A DNA stretch of 64,000 nt from Thermoplasmata archaeon. GTDB taxonomy: Archaea > Thermoplasmatota > Thermoplasmata > RBG-16-68-12 > JAFNFQ01. Numbering within the stretch: position 1 is the stretch's first letter; each line of letters begins with the position of its first letter. The DNA lies in contig JBGPQV010000003.1 in NCBI GenBank assembly GCA_041489255.1, positions 96,001-160,000 on the forward strand. Reading direction: 5' to 3'. The position numbers and the translations under genes were made by a program. This document shows positions 39,001 to 49,723 of the stretch, one piece after another. Below the pieces are notes generated by a model. That model saw only the letters and a program-made list of their open reading frames with translations, was not told where the DNA came from and ran no database searches.

Positions 39001-39686
39001 CTCGAGAGGCTGAACCGGCCCATGCCGCCGTCCTTGACGACCATGAGAACCGATAGATCAATCGAGACCTGCTTGGTGAAGCTGGAGTAGATGCTCTCGA
39101 CGGAGAACTCCGGGCTCCTTGTGGTGATCCTCAGTGAGCTACCTGCGGACGCGTCGAGCGCATCCGCCAACTTCTGGTTGATTATCGCCTCACCGGGAGC
39201 AACCTCCGGCGTGAGGCTCCCGCCATCGAGAGTCTGGAAATTGCCGAAAGAATAGAACAAGCCGTTGTATCCGACGATGTTCACGCTCGACTCGACCGGC
39301 CCCGACGCTCCCTGCCTCACCGAACCCCCTAGAATCAGCAGAGGGGCAAGGCCATCGGTTGCTGCCGCCACGGAGGGATCTGCGGAGACGCTGTCGAAGA
39401 TCATCTCGTTGAACAGTCCATCGGAATGTATGACCTCGTCAACCGCCCCGAGGTTCGCATAGACCTGTTCCACGACCCCGTGCTTCATCGAATCGCCGAC
39501 CGCCAGTGAGCCCGTCACCATCGCGGAGCCGACGATCAGCCCCGCCACCGTGAGCGCGGTCAGTCGCTTCTTCTTGAGGAAGAAGCTGAGGGCGAGCTTG
39601 AGCAATGCCGGCGATCTCGCCGCCATGGCCAGGACGGCAACGACGACCGCCAAGAACACGACCAGCGAGGGAACGAGCGCGTCCAT
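36033..39686 (-). CDS. Giant FtsX/MacB-like ABC transporter permease (tandem modules)
   Basis: Two RRREIGVLKTIG / ERKAEIGILRAIG FtsX motifs, PANRAASMHPVDALR terminus, large extracellular loops. Confidence 0.88.
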   Translation of the reverse strand: MDALVPSLVVFLAVVVAVLAMAARSPALLKLALSFFLKKKRLTALTVAGLIVGSAMVTGSLAVGDSMKHGVVEQVYANLGAVDEVIHSDGLFNEMIFDSVSADPSVAAATDGLAPLLILGGSVRQGASGPVESSVNIVGYNGLFYSFGNFQTLDGGSLTPEVAPGEAIINQKLADALDASAGSSLRITTRSPEFSVESIYSSFTKQVSIDLSVLMVVKDGGMGRFSLSSGGTIAQNVFANLSYLQQAIGAPSYINTIVVSNIGDDREGVKTSGDATSRLQIAIDEAVGFRDLRFNIIASSYVRIENENVFFDERYVDAVGAMIGSVAGMENVSALTSYFVNNISFGAVSIPYSTVTGLNPHADYAFGAFTDNITKSPIIGGIQDNEIIITNYTAARLGARVGDTVSLNYSVYTSTFRQVYRNATFAVKHVVDLTGKALDPDIMPPFPGIKGKASCVDWDPTWVSGDEMRSQMSYADLDYWLLYGGTPKAYITLDKAKGLWVNDLGNITTIKVKGTNLPQLRSDISSRLNATILGGDAGLSVLPVKANGIESAEGVQLLTETFLSFGVVVMISGIILAVALVGMVMEGRRREIGVLKTIGMKRVQVTRTFAIEAFLVSVISSAVGILVGLLIAFLCILLTNAFWSNIVEGTTVRLYFTPDTVVVGFVAGFLVSFFAFVLSAHKISGQLLATALREHGGWRSKRTLAPALILLGGIVMIGSNFMPIDFPTGSAVFLAGAALMFFSLPWVAWTPRLRVYLLLTWSIALIVLAIVISFIVASTSESVPFVLFFASGFAIIAALIGVLSVGLRRIASGLSRILTIAGANGGTLRIAFLTPAKKVGRTCLAVSLFAIVIFTYLGLSVNIQGQQANIDNMVVRQGAGYDVMGESSISVRFDLGNQTDRASNGIVNFPANSSVVQFLTYGQIGGSCSNLKKNLPPRLIGANESFMLDSLLRFQAPASGGQSTWDALETVEADGAIPAIGDSNTVVWILGKGVGDHITIADERGNEVQLVIVGITENSIFPGSVFISEGNINRLYPTTAEYRLFLFKTPDPPAMVSYLESKMQAYGMDGTLVEDLARSNLSVEWSYMGLFQALLLLGLLVGIFGLAVSSARAVEERKAEIGILRAIGFGRSMVMNSLLLESVYTASLGAIIGIVAGLLTSFLFFGRGTLLSNNVAIPWLAMLLIVIVVDATALFAAIIPANRAASMHPVDALRKEQ

Positions 39687-39840
39687 TCTCTCCTATGGGT
39701 GGCGCCATTGCGGCTCGCTTACTTGAAGGCTTTCAACTGCGGTTATGGAAAACATGCATCTCGGTCGCATGTGACGATGCGAGCCTTTCATCGGCCGCGG
39801 TCCTTCGGCTGCCCTCGACATTCTTCCCGACGCTGCATGT

Positions 39841-39905
39841 AGAAAGAGTCTTATACCTCACTCAGCTATGATATTGAGACTCGGCAAAAGGCCTTTATAC
39901 AAAAG
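39841..39905 (+). promoter_or_regulatory. Probable tandem BRE/TATA promoters for the 16S gene
   Basis: GAAAGAGTCTTATAC and CAAAAGGCCTTTATAC about 200-250 nt upstream of the 16S start. Confidence 0.5.
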
Positions 39906-40098
39906 GCTGTTAAGCCGGGTTCGTCGACAGCTTCCGGCGAAGGCCCGGACCTATGATGGGTCATCTTCCGAAGCTGCCAACATAATGGAGGTTTGAGAAA
40001 ACCGGAAAGCCGTGACCTCTCAAATCCGACGTCCGATGAACCAGAGGTGTCATAGCTTCCCTGCTAATTTCTAAAGATAAGTCGCTAGGTGTGGACCA

Positions 40099-41565
<1,467 letters not shown>

Positions 41566-41730
41566 AAGAAATTTCGAGGCGATCTGCGAGGCCGCGGTAA
41601 CCGCGGTCAATGAAGCAGGTCTACCTTGGGCAGGAAGGCTCTGACCCTCTGTTCGTCGGACGTCCCTCCACCCTTTTTTGGGGACTCATGTGAGGCCACC
41701 CCCTAGACATTCTGGCGGGGACCTGCCGGC

Positions 41731-42696
41731 CTACAGCCATTTCTTGCGTCTGAGGTAGATGAACGTGATGAGCGAGAAGACGATCATCAGGCCGAGGGCG
41801 ATGCCCAGGCCGAGCGGCTCGAGGAAGCCCGGGTACCAGACGTTCATCCCGAAGGCGCTCGTGATTATGCTTGCGGGGATCGTGATCGTGAAGATGACCG
41901 TGAGGACCTTGATGACCTCGTTGAGCGAGTTGGACACGAGGGTCGACTGGACCTCCATGAGGCTGGTGACGACCTCCCTGTGAGTGTCCAGGTTGTCCAG
42001 GACGAGGATCATGTGATCGTAGATGTCCCTCAGGTAGACCCGCATCTCCTTCCTGAAGACCGGCATCTCGGCCCGCGACAGCTGCGCGACCATGTCCCTC
42101 TCCGGCGTCAGGAGGTTCCTCAGCCTGAGGAGGTCCGTGCGTATGTCGTGTATCTGGTTGATGCTCGTCTTCATCGGCGCCTTGATGACCTCGTCCTCGA
42201 GCTTCGAGATGACCTCGCTGAAATGATCCAGGTGCGGGAAGTAGCTGTCCACTATCGTGTCCATGATGACGTAGAACAGGTAGTCGGTCCCGCTCTTGAG
42301 CAGCTTGGGGTTCTTCCTCCTGATCCTGACGCGGATATCCTCGAGCTGCGGGAAGACCTTGTCGTGTATGGTGATGAGGAAGTGCCTGGACAGGAACATG
42401 CTCAGCTGGTCCGTCGTGATCTCCTCGGTCCAGACAATCGTCCTGGCCACGATGAACAGCGTGTCGTCGTAGACCTCGACCTTCGGTGTGACGTACGACC
42501 TCGTGCTGTCCTCGAGCGCGAGGGGATGGAGGGCGAAGAGGGTCTCGAGCTCCTGCATCGTCCTCGAGTCAGGGTCGACAACGTTGACCCATGTGACGTT
42601 GAACTTCTCGACCAGCTCGCGGCATCGCCCGACCGTGGCATCCTGCTCCTCGACCATCTCGGTAGGAGAGTACGCGATGACTTCGATGCGGGCCAC
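41731..42696 (-). CDS. corA: CorA Mg2+/Co2+ transporter
   Basis: LHPLALED, YLRDIYDH, NEVIKVLT, FGMN signature. Confidence 0.95.
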   Translation of the reverse strand: MARIEVIAYSPTEMVEEQDATVGRCRELVEKFNVTWVNVVDPDSRTMQELETLFALHPLALEDSTRSYVTPKVEVYDDTLFIVARTIVWTEEITTDQLSMFLSRHFLITIHDKVFPQLEDIRVRIRRKNPKLLKSGTDYLFYVIMDTIVDSYFPHLDHFSEVISKLEDEVIKAPMKTSINQIHDIRTDLLRLRNLLTPERDMVAQLSRAEMPVFRKEMRVYLRDIYDHMILVLDNLDTHREVVTSLMEVQSTLVSNSLNEVIKVLTVIFTITIPASIITSAFGMNVWYPGFLEPLGLGIALGLMIVFSLITFIYLRRKKWL

Positions 42697-42735
42697 GCTG
42701 GCGGGAAGCCACGGCGGTGTATTTAGGTGTTAGGT

Positions 42736-43335
42736 CTATCGCGCCGCCGTCCGTCTCAGTCGTGCGATGGAATCTTTGCGGACCAAACGCGTCTCCTTCT
42801 CTCCATGTACCGCAAGATAATGGTCCCAGCCCATGTAGGTGATCGGCGTTGCTTTCTCCAGATTCACCTTTCCATTCTTCCTGAAAGCCGCCTTCGACCA
42901 GTGCGTGGCCACGACCTTGCCCACAAACCAGTCATGGTCACCGCACTTGAGCTTCGAGAGAAGCCTGCACTCGATGGCGAAGTAGGCCTTCTTCAGGATT
43001 GGCACATCCAATATGCGAGGCTTTGATTTCTCGATCCCAAACTCCGCGAACTTGTCCACGGCTCTACCGGAGCAGCCACCGACCGCGGCGATCAGCTCCG
43101 CGTCCTTGGCTGGCATGAAGTTCACCGCAAACGCCCTGCTCTTAGTTATCAGTCCGTGAGTGAACCTCTTCGGCGAAATCGAGACACCGTACGCGGGCGG
43201 ATCCATGGATACAATCACGTGCCATGCCACCGCCATCGCGTTCTCCCTCTTGCCGGACTTGGCGGTGACTATCGTTGCGAGCGTCGGGTAATATCCGTAG
43301 ATGTCCGCGAGTCCTTTCGCGCTTGTCTTCAACAC
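42736..43335 (-). CDS. Flavin reductase-like (split barrel) protein
   Basis: NAMAVAW, SGR.VDKF, IECRL, GDHDWFVG. Confidence 0.9.
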   Translation of the reverse strand: MLKTSAKGLADIYGYYPTLATIVTAKSGKRENAMAVAWHVIVSMDPPAYGVSISPKRFTHGLITKSRAFAVNFMPAKDAELIAAVGGCSGRAVDKFAEFGIEKSKPRILDVPILKKAYFAIECRLLSKLKCGDHDWFVGKVVATHWSKAAFRKNGKVNLEKATPITYMGWDHYLAVHGEKETRLVRKDSIARLRRTAAR

Positions 43336-43485
43336 AAATCGCCTCCATGAAGTGCCGATTCACACCCGGATATGCGGAGCGCCATCTAAACATATTCTTT
43401 ATAGGGCAGCGCCAAATCCTCATGACACGGAGCGGGAGACCCGGAATCTGGCCACAGTTCCCGCCACGAAGATGAAGGTGACAAC

Positions 43486-46400
43486 ATGGTGACGAAGAAA
43501 GCCCGCCACTCCCCGAAGGAGTCGTACGCGGATATGGTGTTCAACAAGACGCTCGTGGAGATCGACGAGGTCGCGAAGAAGCTGGCGGACCTCGAGCAGG
43601 CGCGTCAGAACAACAAGCTGATCATGATCGCCTCGGAGGCCATGTGCCCCAAGCCAGTGCGAGAGGCGCTCTCCTCCACATACACGAACCTCTATGCCGA
43701 GGGCTACCCCCGCAGGAGGATGATGACGGAGGAGCGCAAGTCCCTGGAGGACCTCGACAGGCAGATGGTGCTCCACAGGCGCTACCAGGACAGGCGCTAT
43801 TACAAGGGATGCGACTACATCAACATGGTAGAGGCCATCGCGCAGAGGAGGGTCGCCGAGCTGTTCGCGACCGAGAAGACGCCGGCGGAACACATCTTCG
43901 CGAACGTACAGCCGCACTCAGGCGCGACAGCGAACAACGAGATCTACGAAGCCTTCCTGAAGATTGGCGACACGGTCATGGGCATGGCCCTCTCCAGCGG
44001 CGGTCACCTGACCCACGGCAGCAGGGCGAACAGGTCGGGGAAGCATTACAAGATAGTCTCCTACGACGTCGACCTCACGACGGGCAAGGTGGACTACGAG
44101 AAGGTGAGGCAGCTCGCGCTGCAGCACAAGCCTAGGATGATCATCGGCGGCTACAGCGCGCACACCTGGGATGTTGACTGGAAGAAGCTCAGGGAGATCG
44201 CTGACGAGGTCGGCGATTGCTTCGTGCACGCTGACATCTCTCACATCGCCGGGCTCATCGCCGGCGGCATGCTCTCGAACCCTATCGATTACGCGCAGAC
44301 TGTCGTGTTCACCACGCAGAAGACGCTCTGCGGCCCGAGGGGCGCGGTCATCCTGACGACCGACATCGACAGGGCAAGGAGGATCGACTCCGCGGTCTTC
44401 CCTGGCGAGCAGAGCGGGGCGCACTTCAACAACATACTAGCCAAGGCGGTCTGCTTCGAGATCGCGAAGACGGACGCCTTCAGGGCGCTGCAGAGGCAGA
44501 TAGTCAGGAACGCGCAGGCGCTGGCGAAGGAGCTGCAGAGGCTCGGGATGCACATCGCCTATGGGGGGACCGAGAACCACATCGTCCTCATAAGCCTCCG
44601 AGAGCTGAGGCAGGGAGGGTTCAACTTAACGGGCGAGGTCGCCTCGCGCATACTCGACCTGTGCGGCATCACGTGCAACAAGAACGAGATCTCAGGAGAC
44701 GAGACAGCGGTCCACCCGTCCGCCGTCAGGCTCGGGACCACCTGGATCACCCAGAAGGGGCTCAAGGAGGAGCACATGGCCCGCCTCGCGAGGATTATCC
44801 ACTCCGTGCTGACCGGCATCATCCCGTTCGACTACATCGGCACCTCGAAGGACATGGCGAGGGGCAAGGTCAGCTTCGACAGGATCGTGAAGGCGAGGAA
44901 GGGCGTGGCGGAGCTGGTCGGGGAGATGGAATCCGAGGGCGAGCCGATGGCGCTCGACTACCCGCACTTCACCGTCGCCCCGAAGATGAAGGGGAGGACG
45001 ACGCCCCTCTTCGACACCTACAAGTCCGCAGGTGCGAAGTTCGTCGAGAGGAACGGCTGGAAGGTCCCGAGGGAAGTCTCGGGGCTGAAGAGCGAATTGA
45101 AAGCATCCAAGAAGAACGCGGTCCTCATCGATTCATCGGACATTCCCGCCATCGATATCTCTGGCGAGAAGTCGACGGAATTCCTGCAGGGCATCATCAC
45201 GAAGAATGTTTACGGCCTCCGGGAGAACCAGGGGCTGCAGTCGCTGATGCTCGATCCAGACGGTGGTGTCATGGCCACGGTCGACCTGTTCAGAATGGGT
45301 GACAGCGAGCACGGTCCGAGGTATGTCCTCACGGGGCTGAACGCCCTCGGGGATGAGGTGAAGGAATGGATGTGCGCGCTCTCGGACGGCTACACCCGAC
45401 ATGACATCGACGTTTTCATGAAGATTGAGGGGCCGGTCATGATCCGCGACATGTCCGCGGGCGACGGGCTGTGGGCGGCGTTCGATGTGGCGGGAAGGGG
45501 AGCTGCGAAGGTCGTCGGACGCATCGCGGGGCGGCTGCCAGAGAGCGGCTCGCCTTGGCTGAAGCATTTCAATCATGGCGGGAACCTCGTCGAACTGATG
45601 AAGCTGAGCAAGAAAGGCCAGCCTGACAGGTTCAGGCTGTGCGGGAGTGGAGGCGTGATCGCCCGCGTCTTCCAGAAGATGCTCTCGCTAGATGGCGGGA
45701 AGGCTGCCTCGGCGGCGGGAATACTTGCGAGAGATGTGATAGGCCGTCTGCAAGGCATCCCTGATGGCGGGAAAGTGGCGGGCCACCAAGTCCTGAGGCG
45801 CAGACCAGATCTGTTCGACGTCACGAAGCCCTACTTCGTCGGCGTCGACATGCTAAAGCTCAAGGACGAGGCCAGGCCGATAATCTTCACCGAGCCAAAG
45901 CCCAAGGAAGGCGAACTCAAGAAGAGCTTCCTGCTCGACCTGCACCGGGAACTGTACCCGAGCGTCGCCATGCACCCGTTCGCCGGGTGGGAGATGCCGG
46001 TCGTCTTCGAGTCGATCCGCTCCGAGCACGCGAACGTGCGGGAGAACGCGGGCCTGTTCGACCTGTCGCACATGGGCATTTTCGAGATAACAGGGCCGTA
46101 TGCAGCCAGGTTCATCGACATCGTCGCGAGCAACTACCTGAAGTCGATGCACCCGGGCCACTCGCACTACTCATACGTCCTAGGCACCCAGGGGAGAGTC
46201 TTGGACGACATCTTCGTCTACTGCCTCGGGAAGGAGCGCTTCATCATCGTCGCCAACGCGGCCAACTCCGACAAGGTCGAGAAGTGGCTCGACTCCGTCA
46301 ACGAGGGCAAGGTCTCGCTCACCTATGGCGGGAGGAAGATCAAACTCGAAGGCAATGCGGACATCAGGAACCTCAAGACCCCGCAAGCGCAGAACAACAG

Positions 46401-47151
46401 GAAGATGCTCATCGCGCTGCAGGGCCCGAAGTCCCGCCAGATGCTCTCCCAGGTCGTCACCAAGGACCACGCGAAGTTCATGAGGATGAAGAAGTTCGAG
46501 ATCGGCGAGTTCAGCATCAAGGGGACGCCCTGCTTCCTTTCGAGGACGGGCTACACGGGCGAGGACGTCGGCTACGAGATATTCGTGCACCCGCAGAAGG
46601 CCGCCGCCATGTGGAAGCTGCTGCTGAGCCTCGGCGCGAAGCCTGCGGGTCTTGGTGCGAGGGATTCCACGAGGACAGAGGCCGGCCTGCCTCTCTGGGG
46701 CCACGAGCTCGCGGGGCCGGACGGCATCAGCCCGATAGAGGCCGGCTACGGCATGTTCGTCAAGCTGCACAAGCCGTTCTTCATAGGGCGCGACGAGATG
46801 ATGCGCCAGGCCCTCAACAGGAAGAGGGATGTGGTCAGGTTCAAGATCGACAAGAAGGGCGCGCGCATAGTCCGGAGGGGAGACGCAGTCGCGACGAATG
46901 AGGGCGAGATCATAGGCGAGGTCACCAGCAGCGTCGTCGTAGGAACGGTGCAGGTCGGACTTGCGCTGCTCTCCCGCGGTCGCGTCGCGAGCAAGGACAC
47001 GATCATCGTAGGGCTGACGCATGCCCTGAGCGAGCCGGACCGCCAGAAGTTCAAGGTCGGCGGGAAGCTGGACATCGCGATACAGAGCGAGACGGGCGCG
47101 GTGCTGCCAAGGTTCCCGCCAAGGTTGCAGCGCGGGACCGTCTGGCACTAG
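43486..47151 (+). CDS. glyA-gcvT: Fusion: serine hydroxymethyltransferase + divergent GcvT-like module + intact GcvT aminomethyltransferase
   Basis: YAEGYP, NVQPHSGA, GGHLTHG, TTQKTLCGPRG (PLP Lys); then RTTPLFD..GWKVP; then FAGWEMP, LFDLSHMG, RTGYTGED.GYE, GLGARDSTRTEAG. Confidence 0.92.
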   Translation: MVTKKARHSPKESYADMVFNKTLVEIDEVAKKLADLEQARQNNKLIMIASEAMCPKPVREALSSTYTNLYAEGYPRRRMMTEERKSLEDLDRQMVLHRRYQDRRYYKGCDYINMVEAIAQRRVAELFATEKTPAEHIFANVQPHSGATANNEIYEAFLKIGDTVMGMALSSGGHLTHGSRANRSGKHYKIVSYDVDLTTGKVDYEKVRQLALQHKPRMIIGGYSAHTWDVDWKKLREIADEVGDCFVHADISHIAGLIAGGMLSNPIDYAQTVVFTTQKTLCGPRGAVILTTDIDRARRIDSAVFPGEQSGAHFNNILAKAVCFEIAKTDAFRALQRQIVRNAQALAKELQRLGMHIAYGGTENHIVLISLRELRQGGFNLTGEVASRILDLCGITCNKNEISGDETAVHPSAVRLGTTWITQKGLKEEHMARLARIIHSVLTGIIPFDYIGTSKDMARGKVSFDRIVKARKGVAELVGEMESEGEPMALDYPHFTVAPKMKGRTTPLFDTYKSAGAKFVERNGWKVPREVSGLKSELKASKKNAVLIDSSDIPAIDISGEKSTEFLQGIITKNVYGLRENQGLQSLMLDPDGGVMATVDLFRMGDSEHGPRYVLTGLNALGDEVKEWMCALSDGYTRHDIDVFMKIEGPVMIRDMSAGDGLWAAFDVAGRGAAKVVGRIAGRLPESGSPWLKHFNHGGNLVELMKLSKKGQPDRFRLCGSGGVIARVFQKMLSLDGGKAASAAGILARDVIGRLQGIPDGGKVAGHQVLRRRPDLFDVTKPYFVGVDMLKLKDEARPIIFTEPKPKEGELKKSFLLDLHRELYPSVAMHPFAGWEMPVVFESIRSEHANVRENAGLFDLSHMGIFEITGPYAARFIDIVASNYLKSMHPGHSHYSYVLGTQGRVLDDIFVYCLGKERFIIVANAANSDKVEKWLDSVNEGKVSLTYGGRKIKLEGNADIRNLKTPQAQNNRKMLIALQGPKSRQMLSQVVTKDHAKFMRMKKFEIGEFSIKGTPCFLSRTGYTGEDVGYEIFVHPQKAAAMWKLLLSLGAKPAGLGARDSTRTEAGLPLWGHELAGPDGISPIEAGYGMFVKLHKPFFIGRDEMMRQALNRKRDVVRFKIDKKGARIVRRGDAVATNEGEIIGEVTSSVVVGTVQVGLALLSRGRVASKDTIIVGLTHALSEPDRQKFKVGGKLDIAIQSETGAVLPRFPPRLQRGTVWH

Positions 47152-47294
47152 AGCCGCAATCACCGCCAACCGTGGTCACGTCCGCGGTCAAGCCTTGAGG
47201 ATACTTGCCAAATCCTTAAGATTCCGACCCGCTGTCTTCGCGACCGACAAGACCCAGCGCAGCCGCAACGCAGTTTGGAAGCTAGGTGTCAATC

Positions 47295-48041
47295 ATGGCG
47301 GGAGATTCGGGCAAGCACCACGGCGCATCCGACCTTGTTCTTCTCGTCGAGGAGAACGCGAAGGCGCTCATGCCCGAAGTTGATCTTCAAATCCTCACGA
47401 TCGAGCCGGCTGATGGCGGTGGCCCTGACACGATGAGGGTCCATCCCGCCACCGTGGACAAGGCGCTGTGCGCGCACTGCCTCGCGTGCATCAAGCTTTG
47501 CCCGTCCCTCACCTGGGACATGGAGAAGGCGCGGGTGATTGTGAACGAGGTCTCGTGCAAGGGATGCGGGATATGCGGCTCGGTCTGCCCGACCGGAGCT
47601 ATATCCCAGAGGCAGTTCAGCCCCGGCATGGTCCTCGATGCTCTGGGGAGAATCTGGGATGGAGAGGGAAACGGAGAGGAAATCACCAGCTGCGGCTCCT
47701 GCCCCGTCGAGCCTCTAGGAGCGAGGATGGCGAAGAAGGTCGAAATCAATGGTCTCCCGGTCAGGCTTCTCTGCTCCGGACGCGCCGAGCCGATACAGGT
47801 CCTCGAGAGCCTTCAGCTCGGAGTCCACGGCATCCTCATGGTCGACTGCTTCAGCAACGTGAAGCAGAAGGAGCGGTTCGAGAAGGGGAGGAAGCGCCTC
47901 GAGAGCGGTCAGAAGCTCCTCAGGACGCTCGGCTCGGGGAGCGTGCAGATCGAGGCGGCGAACATCTCCTCGGACAACATCAACGAACTTGGTCGCGCTT
48001 TGAGCAAGTTCTCCGGTCATCGCGGCGGTGATAAAGTATGA
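47295..48041 (+). CDS. 2x[4Fe-4S] ferredoxin fused to a degenerate MvhD/FlpD-like domain
   Basis: CAHCLACIKLCP, CKGCGICGSVCP; VRLLCSGR..P....GVHGILMVDC. Confidence 0.75.
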   Translation: MAGDSGKHHGASDLVLLVEENAKALMPEVDLQILTIEPADGGGPDTMRVHPATVDKALCAHCLACIKLCPSLTWDMEKARVIVNEVSCKGCGICGSVCPTGAISQRQFSPGMVLDALGRIWDGEGNGEEITSCGSCPVEPLGARMAKKVEINGLPVRLLCSGRAEPIQVLESLQLGVHGILMVDCFSNVKQKERFEKGRKRLESGQKLLRTLGSGSVQIEAANISSDNINELGRALSKFSGHRGGDKV

Positions 48042-49189
48042 AGAGCGAGCTGGAGAGCATGCTCAAGGAGACGAGGGCTTTCCTGTGCCTCGATTGCGGG
48101 AAGTGCACCGGCTCGTGCCCGATAGCCCGCCTCGGCGGCAACTATTCGCCTCGCATGCACATCGCGCGCATGGTGTACGGATACGGGAGCGACGTCCTCG
48201 CGGACCTAGATATGTTCTCCTGCTTGACGTGCGGGCTCTGCGAGACGCATTGTCCCAGCAACGTCGGCTTCGTCGACTTCATGAGCAGGGTCAGGGCCAT
48301 GTCTGCAGAGGAGAGGAGGGGCGGCTTCTGCGCTCACGCGGGCATCACGCAGACTCTCGCGCGGATGATGGCCGACGATGGCGGGAACCAGGATAGACTT
48401 TCCTGGGTAGATGGCGGTCTGAAGACGGCGGAGAGCGGCGAGGTGCTCTATTTCGTCGGCTGCCTGCCCTACTTCGACACGATATTCGATTACATCAAGA
48501 TCGAGGGCACGGGGATTGCGAAGAGTACGGTCGAGTTGCTCAACAAGCTCGGCGTGACTCCCGCGGTGATGAGGAACGAGGTCTGCTGCGGGCACGACCT
48601 GTTCTGGTCTGGGGACCGTGAGAACTTCGAGAAGCTCGTGAGAAAGAACATCGAGGCGATCGTGAAGACCGGGGCAAAGACGATCGTCACCAGCTGCGCG
48701 GAGTGCTTCAGGACACTAAAGACGGAATATCCCAAGTTCGCGAAGTTCGACTTCGAGGTAAAGCACATCTCGCAGTTCGTCTCAGAGAAGCTAGGAACAT
48801 CTTCACTGAAGATGTCGAAGCTCGAAGGTGTCGTCACGTACCAGGACCCATGCAGGCTCGGGCGGCACATGAAGGTCTACGAGCCACCCAGGGAGGTGCT
48901 GGCGAAGATACCGGGCGTGCGGCTCGTCGAGATGGACAGGAACAGGAGCGACGCAATCTGCTGCGGCACGACTCACTTCCTCAACTGCGACAACATCTCC
49001 GAGGCGATCCGCAGGGACAGGTTCGCGGAGGCCCTCGACACCGGCGCACAGACCCTGGTCACGGCATGCCCCAAGTGCCAGATACACTTCAAGTGCTCCC
49101 AGTCGAACAGGATGCAACAAGAGGGCGTTGGAAGACTTCGAATCACGGACTTCGCGACTCTGGTGAATGCGCAGCTGTCAAAGGCATAG
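48038..49189 (+). CDS. HdrD/GlpC-like Fe-S oxidoreductase (two CCG domains)
   Basis: CLDCGKCTGSCP, CLTCGLCETHCP, YFVGC, EVCCG, YQDPCRLGR, ICCG, TACPKC. Confidence 0.9.
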   Translation: MKSELESMLKETRAFLCLDCGKCTGSCPIARLGGNYSPRMHIARMVYGYGSDVLADLDMFSCLTCGLCETHCPSNVGFVDFMSRVRAMSAEERRGGFCAHAGITQTLARMMADDGGNQDRLSWVDGGLKTAESGEVLYFVGCLPYFDTIFDYIKIEGTGIAKSTVELLNKLGVTPAVMRNEVCCGHDLFWSGDRENFEKLVRKNIEAIVKTGAKTIVTSCAECFRTLKTEYPKFAKFDFEVKHISQFVSEKLGTSSLKMSKLEGVVTYQDPCRLGRHMKVYEPPREVLAKIPGVRLVEMDRNRSDAICCGTTHFLNCDNISEAIRRDRFAEALDTGAQTLVTACPKCQIHFKCSQSNRMQQEGVGRLRITDFATLVNAQLSKA

Positions 49190-49275
49190 TCCATTGAGAC
49201 GACATCCGACACCCGCAAGGGCTCCTTTAAATTCCCACATGCTACACGATGATTCCACCAAGCAAAAGGCTTAAA

Positions 49276-49297
49276 TGATATCAGTTTGATATATCAA
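49276..49297. promoter_or_regulatory. Palindromic operator upstream of the RHH gene
   Basis: TGATATCA (49276-49283) and TTGATATATCAA (49286-49297) palindromes just downstream of TTAAAT. Confidence 0.55.
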
Positions 49298-49307
49298 GGG
49301 AGACCTC

Positions 49308-49562
49308 ATGGCGGAGAACCAGATTCTGTTCCGAGTATCGAAGGAGACATTGGACGAGCTGGACGAAGCCATTTCAGTTCGAGGATTCAAGACGCGCAAC
49401 GAGTGGCTTCGGGCGCAGATCAGGCTGTTCCTTGAGGAGACGAGGCAAAGCAGGCTTCAAGAACTCCTGGACAAGACGACGACGAAAGGCGTTAGGGAGG
49501 AAGACATCGTCGCAATGGTCAAGGAATGGCGGGAGAAGAAGCGCAACCGCGGCAGGCCGTAG
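49308..49562 (+). CDS. CopG/ribbon-helix-helix protein (antitoxin-like)
   Basis: QILFRVSKETLDELDEAI..GFKTRNEWLRAQIR. Confidence 0.82.
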   Translation: MAENQILFRVSKETLDELDEAISVRGFKTRNEWLRAQIRLFLEETRQSRLQELLDKTTTKGVREEDIVAMVKEWREKKRNRGRP

Positions 49563-49723
49563 CAGACCGTGTAGCTGCGGCCTCAGGCAATGATGATAGC
49601 CCTTCTCCGAGACTTCGTCTTCCCCGGGCAGGATTGAGGCACTTCCTGCGCAGTCTTGAAGTCGATAATCGAACATAACGTTTATAATGTCGATGTTGCA
49701 TACTTGACATCGGGATTATAATC

